A stretch of DNA of 64,000 bases, from the NCBI GenBank assembly GCA_035651955.1, contig DASRES010000024.1, positions 12,482 to 76,481 of the forward strand, given 5' to 3'. This document shows, in pieces, positions 1 through 8,879 of this stretch (within the stretch, counting starts at the first letter, position 1; each line of letters opens with the position of its first letter). This DNA comes from Acidimicrobiia bacterium. Its GTDB lineage: Bacteria; Actinomycetota; Acidimicrobiia; IMCC26256; JAMXLJ01. The position numbers and the translations under genes were made by a program. The notes beneath the pieces were generated by a model, which was not told the DNA's origin, ran no database searches, and worked only from the letters and a program-made list of their open reading frames with translations.

Positions 1-429
1 GGCTGCGTGTTGCGCGAGCCCGCGCACGCACTCACCGATGAACGCGTGCAGCTTGCGCCGGATCATGCCGCCCGTCCCCGGGATCTTCGCGGTGAACGTC
101 GAGTGCCAACGGATCGCGGTGCCGCCTGACGGCGTGCGGGTGAGGTCGACGTCCGCTCGGTAGTCGCGGATCGGGATGCCGGACAGCAGCGCGTAGCTGA
201 ACCGGCGGTCCGGGACGACCTCGACGACGCGCTCGCGTGACGTCGTCCGACCGGTGCGGAAGACGCGGATCGCACCGACGCCCTCGCCGCCACCGCGCGC
301 GGGCTCCTCGAGCTGGAACGACCCGATCGGCGACCACACCGGCCAGGTCGCGCCGTCGGCCAGCAGTGCGAACACGTCCTCCGGCGGTGCCGAGCTCTCC
401 GCCCTCACGTCGATGTCCTGGTGTGCCAT
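1..429 (-). CDS. SRPBCC (START/polyketide-cyclase-like) family protein; 3' end lies outside the window
   Basis: Hand translation of the minus strand from ATG at 429-427 gives MAHQDIDVRAESSAPPEDVFALLADGATWPVWSPIGSFQLEEP... It stays open to position 1 with G/C-rich third positions. It is absent from the ORF track because there is no stop in the window. It is divergent from the TetR gene. Confidence 0.6.
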   Translation of the reverse strand, partial: MAHQDIDVRAESSAPPEDVFALLADGATWPVWSPIGSFQLEEPARGGGEGVGAIRVFRTGRTTSRERVVEVVPDRRFSYALLSGIPIRDYRADVDLTRTPSGGTAIRWHSTFTAKIPGTGGMIRRKLHAFIGECVRGLAQHAA

Positions 430-451
430 GGGGACCTCCTCCGATCGCGCT

Positions 452-481
452 GTACCAGACGGTACGTGTACCACATGGTAC
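452..481. promoter_or_regulatory. Two back-to-back 14-bp palindromes (GTACCAGACGGTAC, GTACCACATGGTAC); candidate TetR operators
   Basis: Both have 5-4-5 palindrome architecture and are separated by 2 nt. They lie in the 63-bp gap between the divergent SRPBCC (start 429) and TetR (start 493) genes. Confidence 0.55.
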
Positions 482-492
482 AGTGCTGCGCC

Positions 493-1092
493 ATGACGGA
501 GGTCACCACCCGGCGGCGCGCGGGTGAGGCCCGGGCCCGCCTGCTCGACGCCGCGGTCACGTACGTGTCCGATCACGGGATGGGCGACCTCAGCCTGCGG
601 GCCCTGGCGCGGGCGCTCGGGACGAGCCACCGCATGCTCATCTACCACTTCGGCTCCAAGGAGGAGCTCCTCGTCGAGGTCATCAAGGCGGTCGAGGAGC
701 GCCAGCGCGAGGCGCTGGCCGCCCTCGACGACGACGGGTCGCGCTCCCAGGCCGAGCTGACGCGGGCCATGTGGCGCCGATTCACGGACCCCTCCCTGGC
801 GGCGAACGAGCGGCTGTTCTTCGAGGTGTACGGCCAGGCGCTGCAGGGCCGCCCGCACACCGCGCACCTCCTCGACGGGATCGTCGACTCGTGGATCGAG
901 CCGGCCGTCGAGATCGCACGCCGCCACGGCATCGCCCCGGACGTCGCGCGCATCGACGCGCGCCTCGCCGTCGCGGTCACCCGCGGTCTGCTGCTCGACC
1001 TGCTCGCGACGGGTGACCGCGCCGCGGTCGACGCGGCCATGGAGCGGTTCATCGCGCTCGAGGAGCAGGACGCCTCGCTCAGGAAGCGGTGA
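493..1092 (+). CDS. TetR family transcriptional regulator
   Basis: ORF 421..1092. The internal ATG at 493 gives MTEVTTRRRAGEARARLLDAAVTYVSDHGMGDLSLRALARALGTSHRMLIYHFGSKEELL, a typical TetR N-terminal HTH. Confidence 0.85.
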   Translation: MTEVTTRRRAGEARARLLDAAVTYVSDHGMGDLSLRALARALGTSHRMLIYHFGSKEELLVEVIKAVEERQREALAALDDDGSRSQAELTRAMWRRFTDPSLAANERLFFEVYGQALQGRPHTAHLLDGIVDSWIEPAVEIARRHGIAPDVARIDARLAVAVTRGLLLDLLATGDRAAVDAAMERFIALEEQDASLRKR

Positions 1093-2221
1093 CGTCGAGG
1101 AGCAGGCGACCGGTCTCGGTCATCGTGTCGTTGTCGACGAAGACGTGCTGGGTCGCCGCGTGCATGTCGCGGAAGCAACGTTGCAGGACACTCGTGCGCA
1201 GCGCGTCCGTCCCCGCCCACGTGTACGCGAAGCGCACCGTGTCGACCGCGACGCGCGTCGCGTAGGTCGTCGCCTGACGGAGCCGCTGCCGTTGCAGCAC
1301 GCTCGCCTCCTCGCCGCGCTCGAGCGTCGTCTGCGCGTCGTCGAACACCTCGAACACGAAGGCGCGCGCCGCCCGCAGCGCGGCGTCGTGCACGCCGAGG
1401 TCGTGCCGGAACAGCTGCTGGTCGCGCACCGGTGCCGTCGCGCCAAGGCGTTGCTTGCCGCCGACCACCGCGACCAGCTCCTCGAGCGCGCGCTTCCCGA
1501 CGCCGAGCGCGAACGCGGCGTGGCCCACGGCGGTCAGGCCGAGGACACCGAGCCGGTAGAGCGGCCCGCCACGCTGCGGCTCGTCCTCGACGAGCCGGAA
1601 CGTGTATGCCTCGTCGACCGTCTGCTCGGTGACCGCGTAGTCGTAGCTGCCCGTCCCGCACAGGCCCATCACGTCCCAGTTGCCGAGCAGCTCGACGTTC
1701 CCCGCGGGCACGAAGAACGCGCGGATGACGGGGAGCCCCCGCTCCGAGACGGCCGGCTCACCGTCGGCGACCTCGATCGTGCCGCCCCCGATCCATCCCG
1801 CGTGCGCGCATCCGCTCCCGAAGCTGTAGCGGCCCGCGACCTCGTAGCCGCCGTCCACCGCGACCGACGTGCCCCGTGGCGCGAACTGGCCCGCATGGAC
1901 CGGGTCGGCGTCGCCGCCGAACATCGCCTTCACGGCGCGGTCACCCAGGAACGCACCCGCGAAGCCGGTCGTCGTCGCGTTGGCGAGCAGCGACCAGCCC
2001 GTCGACGCGTCGGCCCGCGTCACCTCCTCGTACACCGCGAGGACCGTCGTCAGGTCCGCTTCCTCGCCGCCGAGCTCCTTCGGCGTCATCAACCGGAACA
2101 ACCGCGCCTCGTGCAACGCGTTCACGACCGCAGCGGTGAGGGTTCCCGCGGCCTCGGACGCCGCGGCCTCGCGCTCGACGACGTCGGTGACGGCGCGCGC
2201 GGCCGTCAGCATGTCGGGCAT
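1079..2221 (-). CDS. Acyl-CoA dehydrogenase family protein (flavin-dependent oxidoreductase)
   Basis: 380-aa ORF with an ACAD-like N-terminus (AGTLTAAVVNALHEARLFRLMTPKELGGEE) and the overall length and pattern of the family. Its 3' end overlaps the convergent TetR stop by 14 nt. Confidence 0.8.
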   Translation of the reverse strand: MPDMLTAARAVTDVVEREAAASEAAGTLTAAVVNALHEARLFRLMTPKELGGEEADLTTVLAVYEEVTRADASTGWSLLANATTTGFAGAFLGDRAVKAMFGGDADPVHAGQFAPRGTSVAVDGGYEVAGRYSFGSGCAHAGWIGGGTIEVADGEPAVSERGLPVIRAFFVPAGNVELLGNWDVMGLCGTGSYDYAVTEQTVDEAYTFRLVEDEPQRGGPLYRLGVLGLTAVGHAAFALGVGKRALEELVAVVGGKQRLGATAPVRDQQLFRHDLGVHDAALRAARAFVFEVFDDAQTTLERGEEASVLQRQRLRQATTYATRVAVDTVRFAYTWAGTDALRTSVLQRCFRDMHAATQHVFVDNDTMTETGRLLLDVTAS

Positions 2222-2246
2222 CGGCGGGACGCTACCCGCCGATTCT

Positions 2247-2285
2247 GTGAAGCGTCATGCACAACATGTGTGTCTGGCGCTTCAC
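2247..2285. promoter_or_regulatory. Inverted repeat GTGAAGCG-N23-CGCTTCAC in an AT-richer gap
   Basis: The 8-nt perfect arms lie at 2247-2254 and 2278-2285, with an inner ACATGT-centred imperfect palindrome. The site sits between the amidohydrolase stop (2300) and the ACAD-like start (2221). It could be an operator, or a terminator lacking a U-tract. Confidence 0.3.
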
Positions 2286-2299
2286 GGAATGAGCGCGGG

Positions 2300-3508
2300 T
2301 CACGCGGCGAGCGCGCGGGCCGCCGTACCCATCAGGTCGAGGAAGTTGTCGCAGTAGAAGCGACGACGAACGTCGTCGCTCGCGTCGCCGAGCGACGCCT
2401 CGAACCGCTCGAAGGGACGGCGACCACCCTCGACGTGCGGGTAGTCCGAGCTGAACATGCACACGTCAGGGCCGCTCTGCTCGATGATCCAGCCGACGTC
2501 CTCCGTCGGGTATGGCGTGAAGCGGACCTGCCGCTGCACGTACTCCGTCGGCCGCAGCGACAGCGCGCGCAGCCGCTCCTCGTGACGCCCGAACGCCTCG
2601 AACGCGGCTTCCATCTGGCGTGTCCACGACGGCACCCAGATCGCGCCCTGCTCGATCACGCCGACGCGCAGGCGCGGGAAGCGCTCGAGCACGCCGTCGA
2701 AGATCATCGTCGCGAGCGTCTGCGCGGGCGGGCCGGGGATGCCCATGTAGTCGACCGAGCGGAAGTTCTCCTCGCCACCGTGGAAGTCGGGCGGGATCGG
2801 GAGCCCGTTGCGGAAGTAGTCACCGTCGATCAGGTCGCCGGTGCCACCGACGTGGAACACGACCGGGATGCCAGCCTCCTGCGCGCGTGCCCACACGGGA
2901 TCGAGCCCGACGTGACTCGGCGAGTGACCGCGCGGGCACCCGGACGCGACGAGCAGCGCGGCCGCGCCGGCAGCGAGTGCCTCGTCCGCCATCGCCGCGG
3001 CACGGTCGAAGTCCGCGAGCGGGACGTAGCACGTAGGCAGGAGGCGAGGGTCGACGGAGCAGAACTCGAGCATCCCGCGGTTGTGCGCGCGGGCGACGCC
3101 GTACGCGAGGTCGACGTCGTCGCCGTGCTCCCAGTCGTGCAGCCGTCGGTTGTGGAACGTGTTGAACACGAGCTGGCTCGAGAAGCCGAGCAGGTCGAGC
3201 GCGCGCGGCCTGTCCTCGGCGACGAAGGAGCCCGTCGCCGCGAAGTTCTTGCGGGCCATGATCTCGTCGGCCTCGACCGCGCGGTACGCGTCCGACGCGT
3301 GCTTCGCGCGCAGACGCGTGAAGGCGGCCTCGAGGTCGCGCAGCTGCTCTTCGGGATCGCCCGTCTGGCGCAGCTCGTTGCCGCTCGACAGCGACAGTGG
3401 CTCGATGCGGTCGCGAATCGCGGGATCGGCGTGGTCACGCAGCCACGTCGGTGTCTCCATGATGTGCGCGTCGGCGTCGTGCACGACGCGCCCGCTCACG
3501 TACGGCAT
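2300..3508 (-). CDS. Amidohydrolase-2 family metal-dependent hydrolase/decarboxylase
   Basis: ORF 2300..3691. The likely start is the ATG at 3508 (MPYVSGRVVHDADAHIMETPTWL...). The upstream 61 codons look like a GC artefact. Confidence 0.8.
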   Translation of the reverse strand: MPYVSGRVVHDADAHIMETPTWLRDHADPAIRDRIEPLSLSSGNELRQTGDPEEQLRDLEAAFTRLRAKHASDAYRAVEADEIMARKNFAATGSFVAEDRPRALDLLGFSSQLVFNTFHNRRLHDWEHGDDVDLAYGVARAHNRGMLEFCSVDPRLLPTCYVPLADFDRAAAMADEALAAGAAALLVASGCPRGHSPSHVGLDPVWARAQEAGIPVVFHVGGTGDLIDGDYFRNGLPIPPDFHGGEENFRSVDYMGIPGPPAQTLATMIFDGVLERFPRLRVGVIEQGAIWVPSWTRQMEAAFEAFGRHEERLRALSLRPTEYVQRQVRFTPYPTEDVGWIIEQSGPDVCMFSSDYPHVEGGRRPFERFEASLGDASDDVRRRFYCDNFLDLMGTAARALAA

Positions 3509-3531
3509 CGCTCTCGACCTCTGCCTTGGTT

Positions 3532-3852
3532 CTACTGCAACCAGTGCGCGGCCAGCCAGGTGCGGCGGCCGCACGCCGGGCACGTCATCAGCCGGGAGTG
3601 TCGCCGCCACGGGAACCACAGCGTGACCGGGAGCTGGCGCATCGTGAACTCGACGTACGAGACCCGGCTGCGACCGCCGCACGACGAGCACTCGACGACG
3701 AGCGTCCCCGGCCGCCGCGTCGCGCTCGAGTACAGCGCGTCCTTGCCCGCGTCATCCCCGACCGGCCGCGTCGGCCGCGTCGTTCCCGGTGCGTCGGCCG
3801 ACGCGCTGAACAGCGCGCGCTTGCCTCGCGCGTCGCGACCTTCCACGCTCAC
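3532..3852 (-). CDS. Small zinc-ribbon protein (CxxC...CxxC), function unknown
   Basis: The GTG at 3852-3850 overlaps the ParA-like TGA (3851-3849) as GTGA. The C-terminal part is ...LVVECSSCGGRSRVSYVEFTMRQLPVTLWFPWRRHSRLMTCPACGRRTWLAAHWLQ. Confidence 0.6.
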   Translation of the reverse strand: MSVEGRDARGKRALFSASADAPGTTRPTRPVGDDAGKDALYSSATRRPGTLVVECSSCGGRSRVSYVEFTMRQLPVTLWFPWRRHSRLMTCPACGRRTWLAAHWLQ

Positions 3853-4610
3853 CAACCCTCCTGCAGCGAACGGGCGAGCGAGCGGTAGGCGTCCGCGCCC
3901 GGCGACGATGGCGCGTGCTCGAGGATCGACGCGCCGTGCGCGGGTGCCTCGGCGAAGCGGACGGACTTCGGCACCGGAGGCTCGAGCACCGGGAGGCCGT
4001 AGCGCGCCTCGACGTCGGCGAGCACGTCGCGACCGTGACGCGTACGCGCGTCGAACATCGTCGCGATCACGCCACGGACCGCGAGATCCGGGCGTGTGAA
4101 CGTGCGCACGTCGTCGACCGTGTCGAGCAGCTGGCCGACACCCCGGTGGCTCAGCGTCTCGCACTGCAACGGGATGAGCACCTCGTCGGCCGCGGTGAGG
4201 CCGTTGATCGTGAGGATCCCGAGCGACGGCGGGCAGTCGACGAGCACGACGTCGAAGTCGGCGACCACCGGCTCGAGCGCACGACGTAGCGCGTACTCCC
4301 GCCCGGTGCGCGTGAGGAGGTGGACCTCCGAGCCCGCGAGATCGATCGTCGAGGGGAGGACCGCCAACCCCCCGCGCGTCGCCGGCACCAGCGCGTCCTC
4401 GGCCTTGTTCCGCCCGACCAGCACGTCGTGCAGCGAGAGCTGCAGCGCCTCAGGGTCGAGCCCCACCGAGTACGTGAGGCACGCCTGCGGATCGAGGTCG
4501 ACGAGCAGCACGCGCGTCCCGAGCTCGTGGAGCGCGGCGCCGAGGTTGTGGACGGTCGTCGTCTTGGCGACGCCGCCCTTCTGGTTCGCGACCGCCACCA
4601 CCCGGGGCAC
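3849..4610 (-). CDS. ParA/Soj-family P-loop ATPase (orphan; no parB or parS seen)
   Basis: MPRVVAVANQKGGVAKTTTVHNLGAALHELGTRVLLVDLDPQ carries the deviant Walker A (KGGVAKTT). Length is 253 aa. Confidence 0.9.
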   Translation of the reverse strand: MPRVVAVANQKGGVAKTTTVHNLGAALHELGTRVLLVDLDPQACLTYSVGLDPEALQLSLHDVLVGRNKAEDALVPATRGGLAVLPSTIDLAGSEVHLLTRTGREYALRRALEPVVADFDVVLVDCPPSLGILTINGLTAADEVLIPLQCETLSHRGVGQLLDTVDDVRTFTRPDLAVRGVIATMFDARTRHGRDVLADVEARYGLPVLEPPVPKSVRFAEAPAHGASILEHAPSSPGADAYRSLARSLQEGW

Positions 4611-4644
4611 CGCGGGAGTGTAGGGCGCCGACCGTGCGGGATGA

Positions 4645-6057
4645 TCAGTGAGCGCCCACCACGAGGTGGTCGCGATCGCCGGGCGGGTACACGGCGTCCG
4701 GCGGCGGGATCGGCCCGCCCGGGTCGCCGACCGTGCACGTGTCGGGCCCGCCCGCGAGCGCCGGCGCGGGGAGCACCGGCGGGTCGAGGAACGCGGGCCG
4801 GCGCGTGTCGAGGTCGACGGTGTCGAGCAGGTTGCTCGCGTTCGCGTCGCGGAACGTGAGCGCGCCGAGGTTCCACTTCGTCTCGACGAGCTTCAGCACC
4901 GACGTGTGGTCGTGGATGCGGTGTGACACGTAGTGGCGCCGCGCGAACGGCGACACGACGACCGCGGGCACCCGGAAGCCGTAGCGGTCGTACCCGCCCG
5001 GGAGATCGGGTGGGACGGTGATGTCGGGCGGGATGTTGTCGGGCGGGATCGCGGGCGGCGGCGGGACGTGGTCGTAGTAGCCGCCGTGCTCGTCGTAGTT
5101 CCAGATGAGCAGCGTCTTCGGCCAACCGGGGCCGTGCATCACCGCATTGATCACCTGCGCGGCGAACTGCTCGCCTTCGCGCACGTCCTGCGGATCCTCC
5201 TCGGACTGCGTCGAGAAGTTCGGGTCGACGAGCGAGAAGAACGGCAACGTGCCCGCGGCGGCGTCCGTGAAGAATTGCGAGACGTGCGAGAAGTTCGTCG
5301 CGCCGTACTTCGTCGCGGTCTCGATGATGATCGCGGCGGAGGGCGCGTCCGAGTAGTAGTTGCGCCACGAGATGCCGTGCGCGGCGAAGCGATCGAAGAT
5401 CGTGCCGTTCGGCGGCGGTGGCGCGAACAGCGCCGCGGTCGTCGTGCTGACGATGCCGGCCGCGGTCCCGGCCATCAGGAAGCGACGGTTCGGGTACGTC
5501 TGCGCGAGCACGGAGCAGAAGAACCGGTCGCACAGCGGGAACGTGCGTGCGAGGCCGTAGTAGAAGGGCAGGTCGGTCCCGTCCCAGTAGCCCATCGCGA
5601 CCGGGCCGCTCCCCCGCACGAACCCGTCGTTGCGGCCGTTGTCGAACGCCGTGTGGCTCGCGTTCCAGTTCTGGCCGGGGTGCCCGTGCTGCTGGCAGGT
5701 CGACGGCATGTGGAACGCGCGGATCAGGTTCCCGTTCGTGTCGGGGTTCGCGTCGAGCGGCAGGCCCCCGCGACCGATGCGGAACCCGTCACCGCGTCCG
5801 AGGACACCGAAGTGGTCGTCGAAGGAGTGGTTCTCCATCTGCACGACGACGACGTGCTCGATCTGGGGGAGCATGTCCGTGCCCTCCGGGACGCGGGGGA
5901 ACGGTCGCGTGCCGGGCGGGAGGATCGGCCGTCCCCGCCCCGGGCCGCCCCGGAGGAACCCGCAGCTGCTCAGCGCGGCCCCGGCACCGAGCGCCGCCAT
6001 GCCCTTCAGCAGGCTGCGCCGGCTGACGTGCTGCCAGTCCATGGGCTCGATCGCCAT
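4645..6057 (-). CDS. Phosphoesterase-family phospholipase C / acid phosphatase, Tat-exported lipoprotein
   Basis: It has a twin-arginine signal (SRRSLLKG) plus a lipobox (LSSC). The phosphoesterase motif HVVVVQMENHSFDDHFG is present. Confidence 0.85.
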   Translation of the reverse strand: MAIEPMDWQHVSRRSLLKGMAALGAGAALSSCGFLRGGPGRGRPILPPGTRPFPRVPEGTDMLPQIEHVVVVQMENHSFDDHFGVLGRGDGFRIGRGGLPLDANPDTNGNLIRAFHMPSTCQQHGHPGQNWNASHTAFDNGRNDGFVRGSGPVAMGYWDGTDLPFYYGLARTFPLCDRFFCSVLAQTYPNRRFLMAGTAAGIVSTTTAALFAPPPPNGTIFDRFAAHGISWRNYYSDAPSAAIIIETATKYGATNFSHVSQFFTDAAAGTLPFFSLVDPNFSTQSEEDPQDVREGEQFAAQVINAVMHGPGWPKTLLIWNYDEHGGYYDHVPPPPAIPPDNIPPDITVPPDLPGGYDRYGFRVPAVVVSPFARRHYVSHRIHDHTSVLKLVETKWNLGALTFRDANASNLLDTVDLDTRRPAFLDPPVLPAPALAGGPDTCTVGDPGGPIPPPDAVYPPGDRDHLVVGAH

Positions 6058-6184
6058 CCCGCACTCCCCCTACCGCTCGCTCCCTCGGGCCCGGCCGTCC
6101 CGGGCGTCCGCCCACGGCCGGGCTTCGTCCGCACGTGTCCTTGGGCTCTGCCGGACTGTGTACCGCGCGCGCCACACTTCGTGC

Positions 6185-6553
6185 ATGGCCCCGCGCGATC
6201 CCATCGCCGAGATCCGCCGCATCTGCCTCGCGCTCCCGGAGGTCGTCGAGCGGCCGAGTCACGGTGCCCCGACGTTCTTCGTGAGAGGCAAGAAGTCGTT
6301 CGCGACGTTCTGGAACGACCACCACGGCGACGGCCGGGTCGCGCTGATCTGCGCGGCGCCGCCCGGGGTGCAACGCCAGCTCGTCGACGAGGAGCCGGAG
6401 CGGTTCTACGTCCCTGCGTACGTGGGTCACCGAGGCTGGATCGGCGTGCGTATCGACGTCGCGGTCGACTGGGACGAGATCGAGGCGATCGTGCACGACG
6501 CGTACCGCTGCGTCGCGCCCGTCACCCTGGTTCGTCAGTTGGACGGGACCTGA
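6185..6553 (+). CDS. MmcQ/YjbR family DNA-binding protein
   Basis: The ATG at 6185 lies within ORF 5630..6553 and gives MAPRDPIAEIRRICLALPEVVERPSHGAPTFFVRGKKSFATFWNDHHGDGRVALI..., a typical YjbR pattern. Confidence 0.7.
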   Translation: MAPRDPIAEIRRICLALPEVVERPSHGAPTFFVRGKKSFATFWNDHHGDGRVALICAAPPGVQRQLVDEEPERFYVPAYVGHRGWIGVRIDVAVDWDEIEAIVHDAYRCVAPVTLVRQLDGT

Positions 6554-6572
6554 CCGGATACGGTCGCGCGCC

Positions 6573-7592
6573 GTGCCGAAGACCGAGTCGGTCGACCTCG
6601 AGCTCGCGGGACGGACGGTTCGCATCACGAGCCCCGGCAAGATGATGTTCCCCGAGCGCGGCGAGACGAAGCTCGACGTCGTGCAGTACTACGCGCGCCT
6701 CGCCGATCCCGTGATGCGCGCGATGTACGACCGGCCGGTCCTGCTGCAGCGGTTCCCGAACGGCGCGGGCGGCTCGTCGTTCTTCCAGAAGCGGGTCCCC
6801 GACGATCGGCCCGAATGGCTGCAGACGACGATCGTCAGCACCCCGAACGGGACGACGTCGCGCGCGCTCGTCGTCGCGGACGTCGCGCACGTCGCGTGGG
6901 CGGTGAACCTCGGCTGTCTCGGCTTCCACGTCTGGCCGAGCCGGGCGAGCGATCCCGAGCACGCTGACGAGCTCCGCATCGACCTCGACCCGCAACCGGG
7001 CGTCGTGTTCGAGCAGGTGCGCGCGGCCGCGCACCAGGTGCGGGCGCTGCTCGACGAGCTCGGCGTGCGCGGCGCACCGAAGACGACGGGCAACCGCGGC
7101 GTCCACGTGTACGTGCGACTGGCGCCGCGCTGGGACTCGTACCAGGTGCGCGCGGCCGCGGTCGCGGTCGCCCGCGAGCTCGCGCGCCGGCGGCCCGACC
7201 TCATCACGGACGCGTGGTGGAAGGAGGAGCGCGGGGAGCGCGTCTTCGTCGACTTCAACCAGAACGCGCCGCACAAGACGATCTTCGGCGCGTGGTCGAT
7301 CCGTGCCCGTCCCGGCGCACAGGTGTCCACGCCGTTCGCGTGGGACGAGCTCGACGAGATCCATCCCGACGCGCTGACGATGGAGACCGTCCCGTCGCGT
7401 GTCGAGCAGCGGGGCGATCCGTGGGCCGACCTCGAGGACGACCCCCAGTCGCTCGCCCCGCTGCTCGCCCTCCACGACCGCGACCGCGCCAACGGTCTGC
7501 AGGACGCGCCGTGGCCGCCGGTCTATCCGAAGATGCCCGGCGAGCCACCGCGTGTCGCCCCGAGCCGGGCCCGCAAGCCGTCGGCGGACTGA
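6573..7592 (+). CDS. LigD-type primase-polymerase domain protein (stand-alone NHEJ/repair polymerase)
   Basis: ELAGRTVRITSPGKMMFPERGETKLDVVQYYARLADPVMRAMYDRPVLLQRFPNGAGGSSFFQKRVP is a classic LigD-POL N-terminus. No ligase domain or Ku gene is nearby. Confidence 0.85.
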   Translation: MPKTESVDLELAGRTVRITSPGKMMFPERGETKLDVVQYYARLADPVMRAMYDRPVLLQRFPNGAGGSSFFQKRVPDDRPEWLQTTIVSTPNGTTSRALVVADVAHVAWAVNLGCLGFHVWPSRASDPEHADELRIDLDPQPGVVFEQVRAAAHQVRALLDELGVRGAPKTTGNRGVHVYVRLAPRWDSYQVRAAAVAVARELARRRPDLITDAWWKEERGERVFVDFNQNAPHKTIFGAWSIRARPGAQVSTPFAWDELDEIHPDALTMETVPSRVEQRGDPWADLEDDPQSLAPLLALHDRDRANGLQDAPWPPVYPKMPGEPPRVAPSRARKPSAD

Positions 7593-7593
7593 G

Positions 7594-7992
7594 TCACGCC
7601 ATCGACGTGCGCGCCGGGCTCCACTCGCGCTTCGGGCTGTACTGGTAGTTCGTGATCAAGCTGACAGCGAGCACCGCGATCCCGCCGACGATGTAGAAGA
7701 CGCCGAGGCCGCGGTCACCGTCGAAGAAGTTCAGCGCGAACGGCGCGACGACGAGCAGCAGGGCGGCGAGGTAGTCACCGGCCGAGTGCACGGTGAACGG
7801 CAGCACACGCACGACGCCGAGCGGGTAGCGCGTCAACATGCTGACCACGAGCACGACCGCCCCGACCACGACGCCCGTCGCGACGGCACCCGTCGAACCG
7901 CCCACCGCGAGCGCGACGACGATCAAGAGCGCGCCGACGGCGTAGTCGGCGATGGCGTGGAACCACGCGGGAAGGAACCTGACGAGCGACAT
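7594..7992 (-). CDS. Small polytopic membrane protein (about 4 TM)
   Basis: ORF 7594..8046. The likely start is at 7992 (MSLVRFLPAWFHAIADYAVGALLIVVALAV...). It contains four hydrophobic segments. Confidence 0.6.
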   Translation of the reverse strand: MSLVRFLPAWFHAIADYAVGALLIVVALAVGGSTGAVATGVVVGAVVLVVSMLTRYPLGVVRVLPFTVHSAGDYLAALLLVVAPFALNFFDGDRGLGVFYIVGGIAVLAVSLITNYQYSPKREWSPARTSMA

Positions 7993-8093
7993 CGTGATGC
8001 TCCTCGTTCGGGCACGACCCTGCCGGTCGCGCACGTCACGAACCATTCGGAGCAGGATGTCGACGCGGATGACAGGAGCGGGGAGGTTGGGCG

Positions 8094-8858
8094 ATGAGCG
8101 TGCGCGTCGAGCACGACGGGCCGGTGGTGGTCGTGACGATCGACCGGCCCGACGTCCGCAACGCCGTCGACGGACCGACCGCCGCCGCCCTCGCGGACGC
8201 GTTCCGCGCGTTCGACGCCGACGACGCGCACGCCGTCGCCGTGCTCACCGGCGCGGGTGACACGTTCTGCGCGGGGGCGGACCTGAAGGCCTTCCGCACC
8301 GACCGGTCCAACACCGTCGCGGCCGAGGGCGACGGTCCGATGGGCCCGACGCGGATGCTCCTGTCGAAGCCGGTCGTCGCCGCGGTCGAGGGACACGCGG
8401 TCGCGGGCGGGCTCGAGCTCGCGCTGTGGTGCGACCTGCGCGTCGCCGCGCGCGACGCGGTCTTCGGGGTCTACTGCCGGCGGTGGGGCGTGCCCCTGGT
8501 CGACGGCGGCACCGTGCGGCTGCCCCGTCTCGTCGGCCAGAGCCACGCGCTCGACCTGATCCTCACGGGACGGGGCGTGTCCGGTGACGAGGCGTTGCGG
8601 ATCGGGCTTGCCAACCGGTTGACCGAGCCGGGCCGCGCGCTCGACGGTGCGCTCGCGCTCGCGCACGAGCTCGCCGCGCTCCCCCAGACCTGCCTGCGCG
8701 AGGACCGCGCGTCGAGCTACGAGCAGTGGGGGCTGTCACTCGGCGACGCGCTGCGCGTGGAGTACGAGCACGGACGACGGTCGCTCGCCGCGCGCGAGCT
8801 CGGCGCGAACGTCGACCGCTTCGTCGGCGGCGCGGGCCGCCACGGCGCACCAACCTGA
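8094..8858 (+). CDS. Enoyl-CoA hydratase/isomerase (crotonase) family
   Basis: VVVVTIDRPDVRNAVDG...VLTGAGDTFCAGADLKA...AAVEGHAVAGGLELALWCDLRVA are the crotonase signatures. Confidence 0.9.
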   Translation: MSVRVEHDGPVVVVTIDRPDVRNAVDGPTAAALADAFRAFDADDAHAVAVLTGAGDTFCAGADLKAFRTDRSNTVAAEGDGPMGPTRMLLSKPVVAAVEGHAVAGGLELALWCDLRVAARDAVFGVYCRRWGVPLVDGGTVRLPRLVGQSHALDLILTGRGVSGDEALRIGLANRLTEPGRALDGALALAHELAALPQTCLREDRASSYEQWGLSLGDALRVEYEHGRRSLAARELGANVDRFVGGAGRHGAPT

Positions 8859-8879
8859 TCGCACCGATAGGGTCGTGGG

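Noticed and set aside
1013-4099. Very long ORFs in the track, for example 1013..4099 +, 19128..22079 +, 42635..45115 +, 51478..54567 + and 4933..6645 +.
   Set aside because: They run antisense to, or out of frame with, genes that have clear family signatures. Their translations are Arg/Ala/Pro/Gly-rich low-complexity sequence. Stop-free alternative frames of this kind are expected at this GC content.
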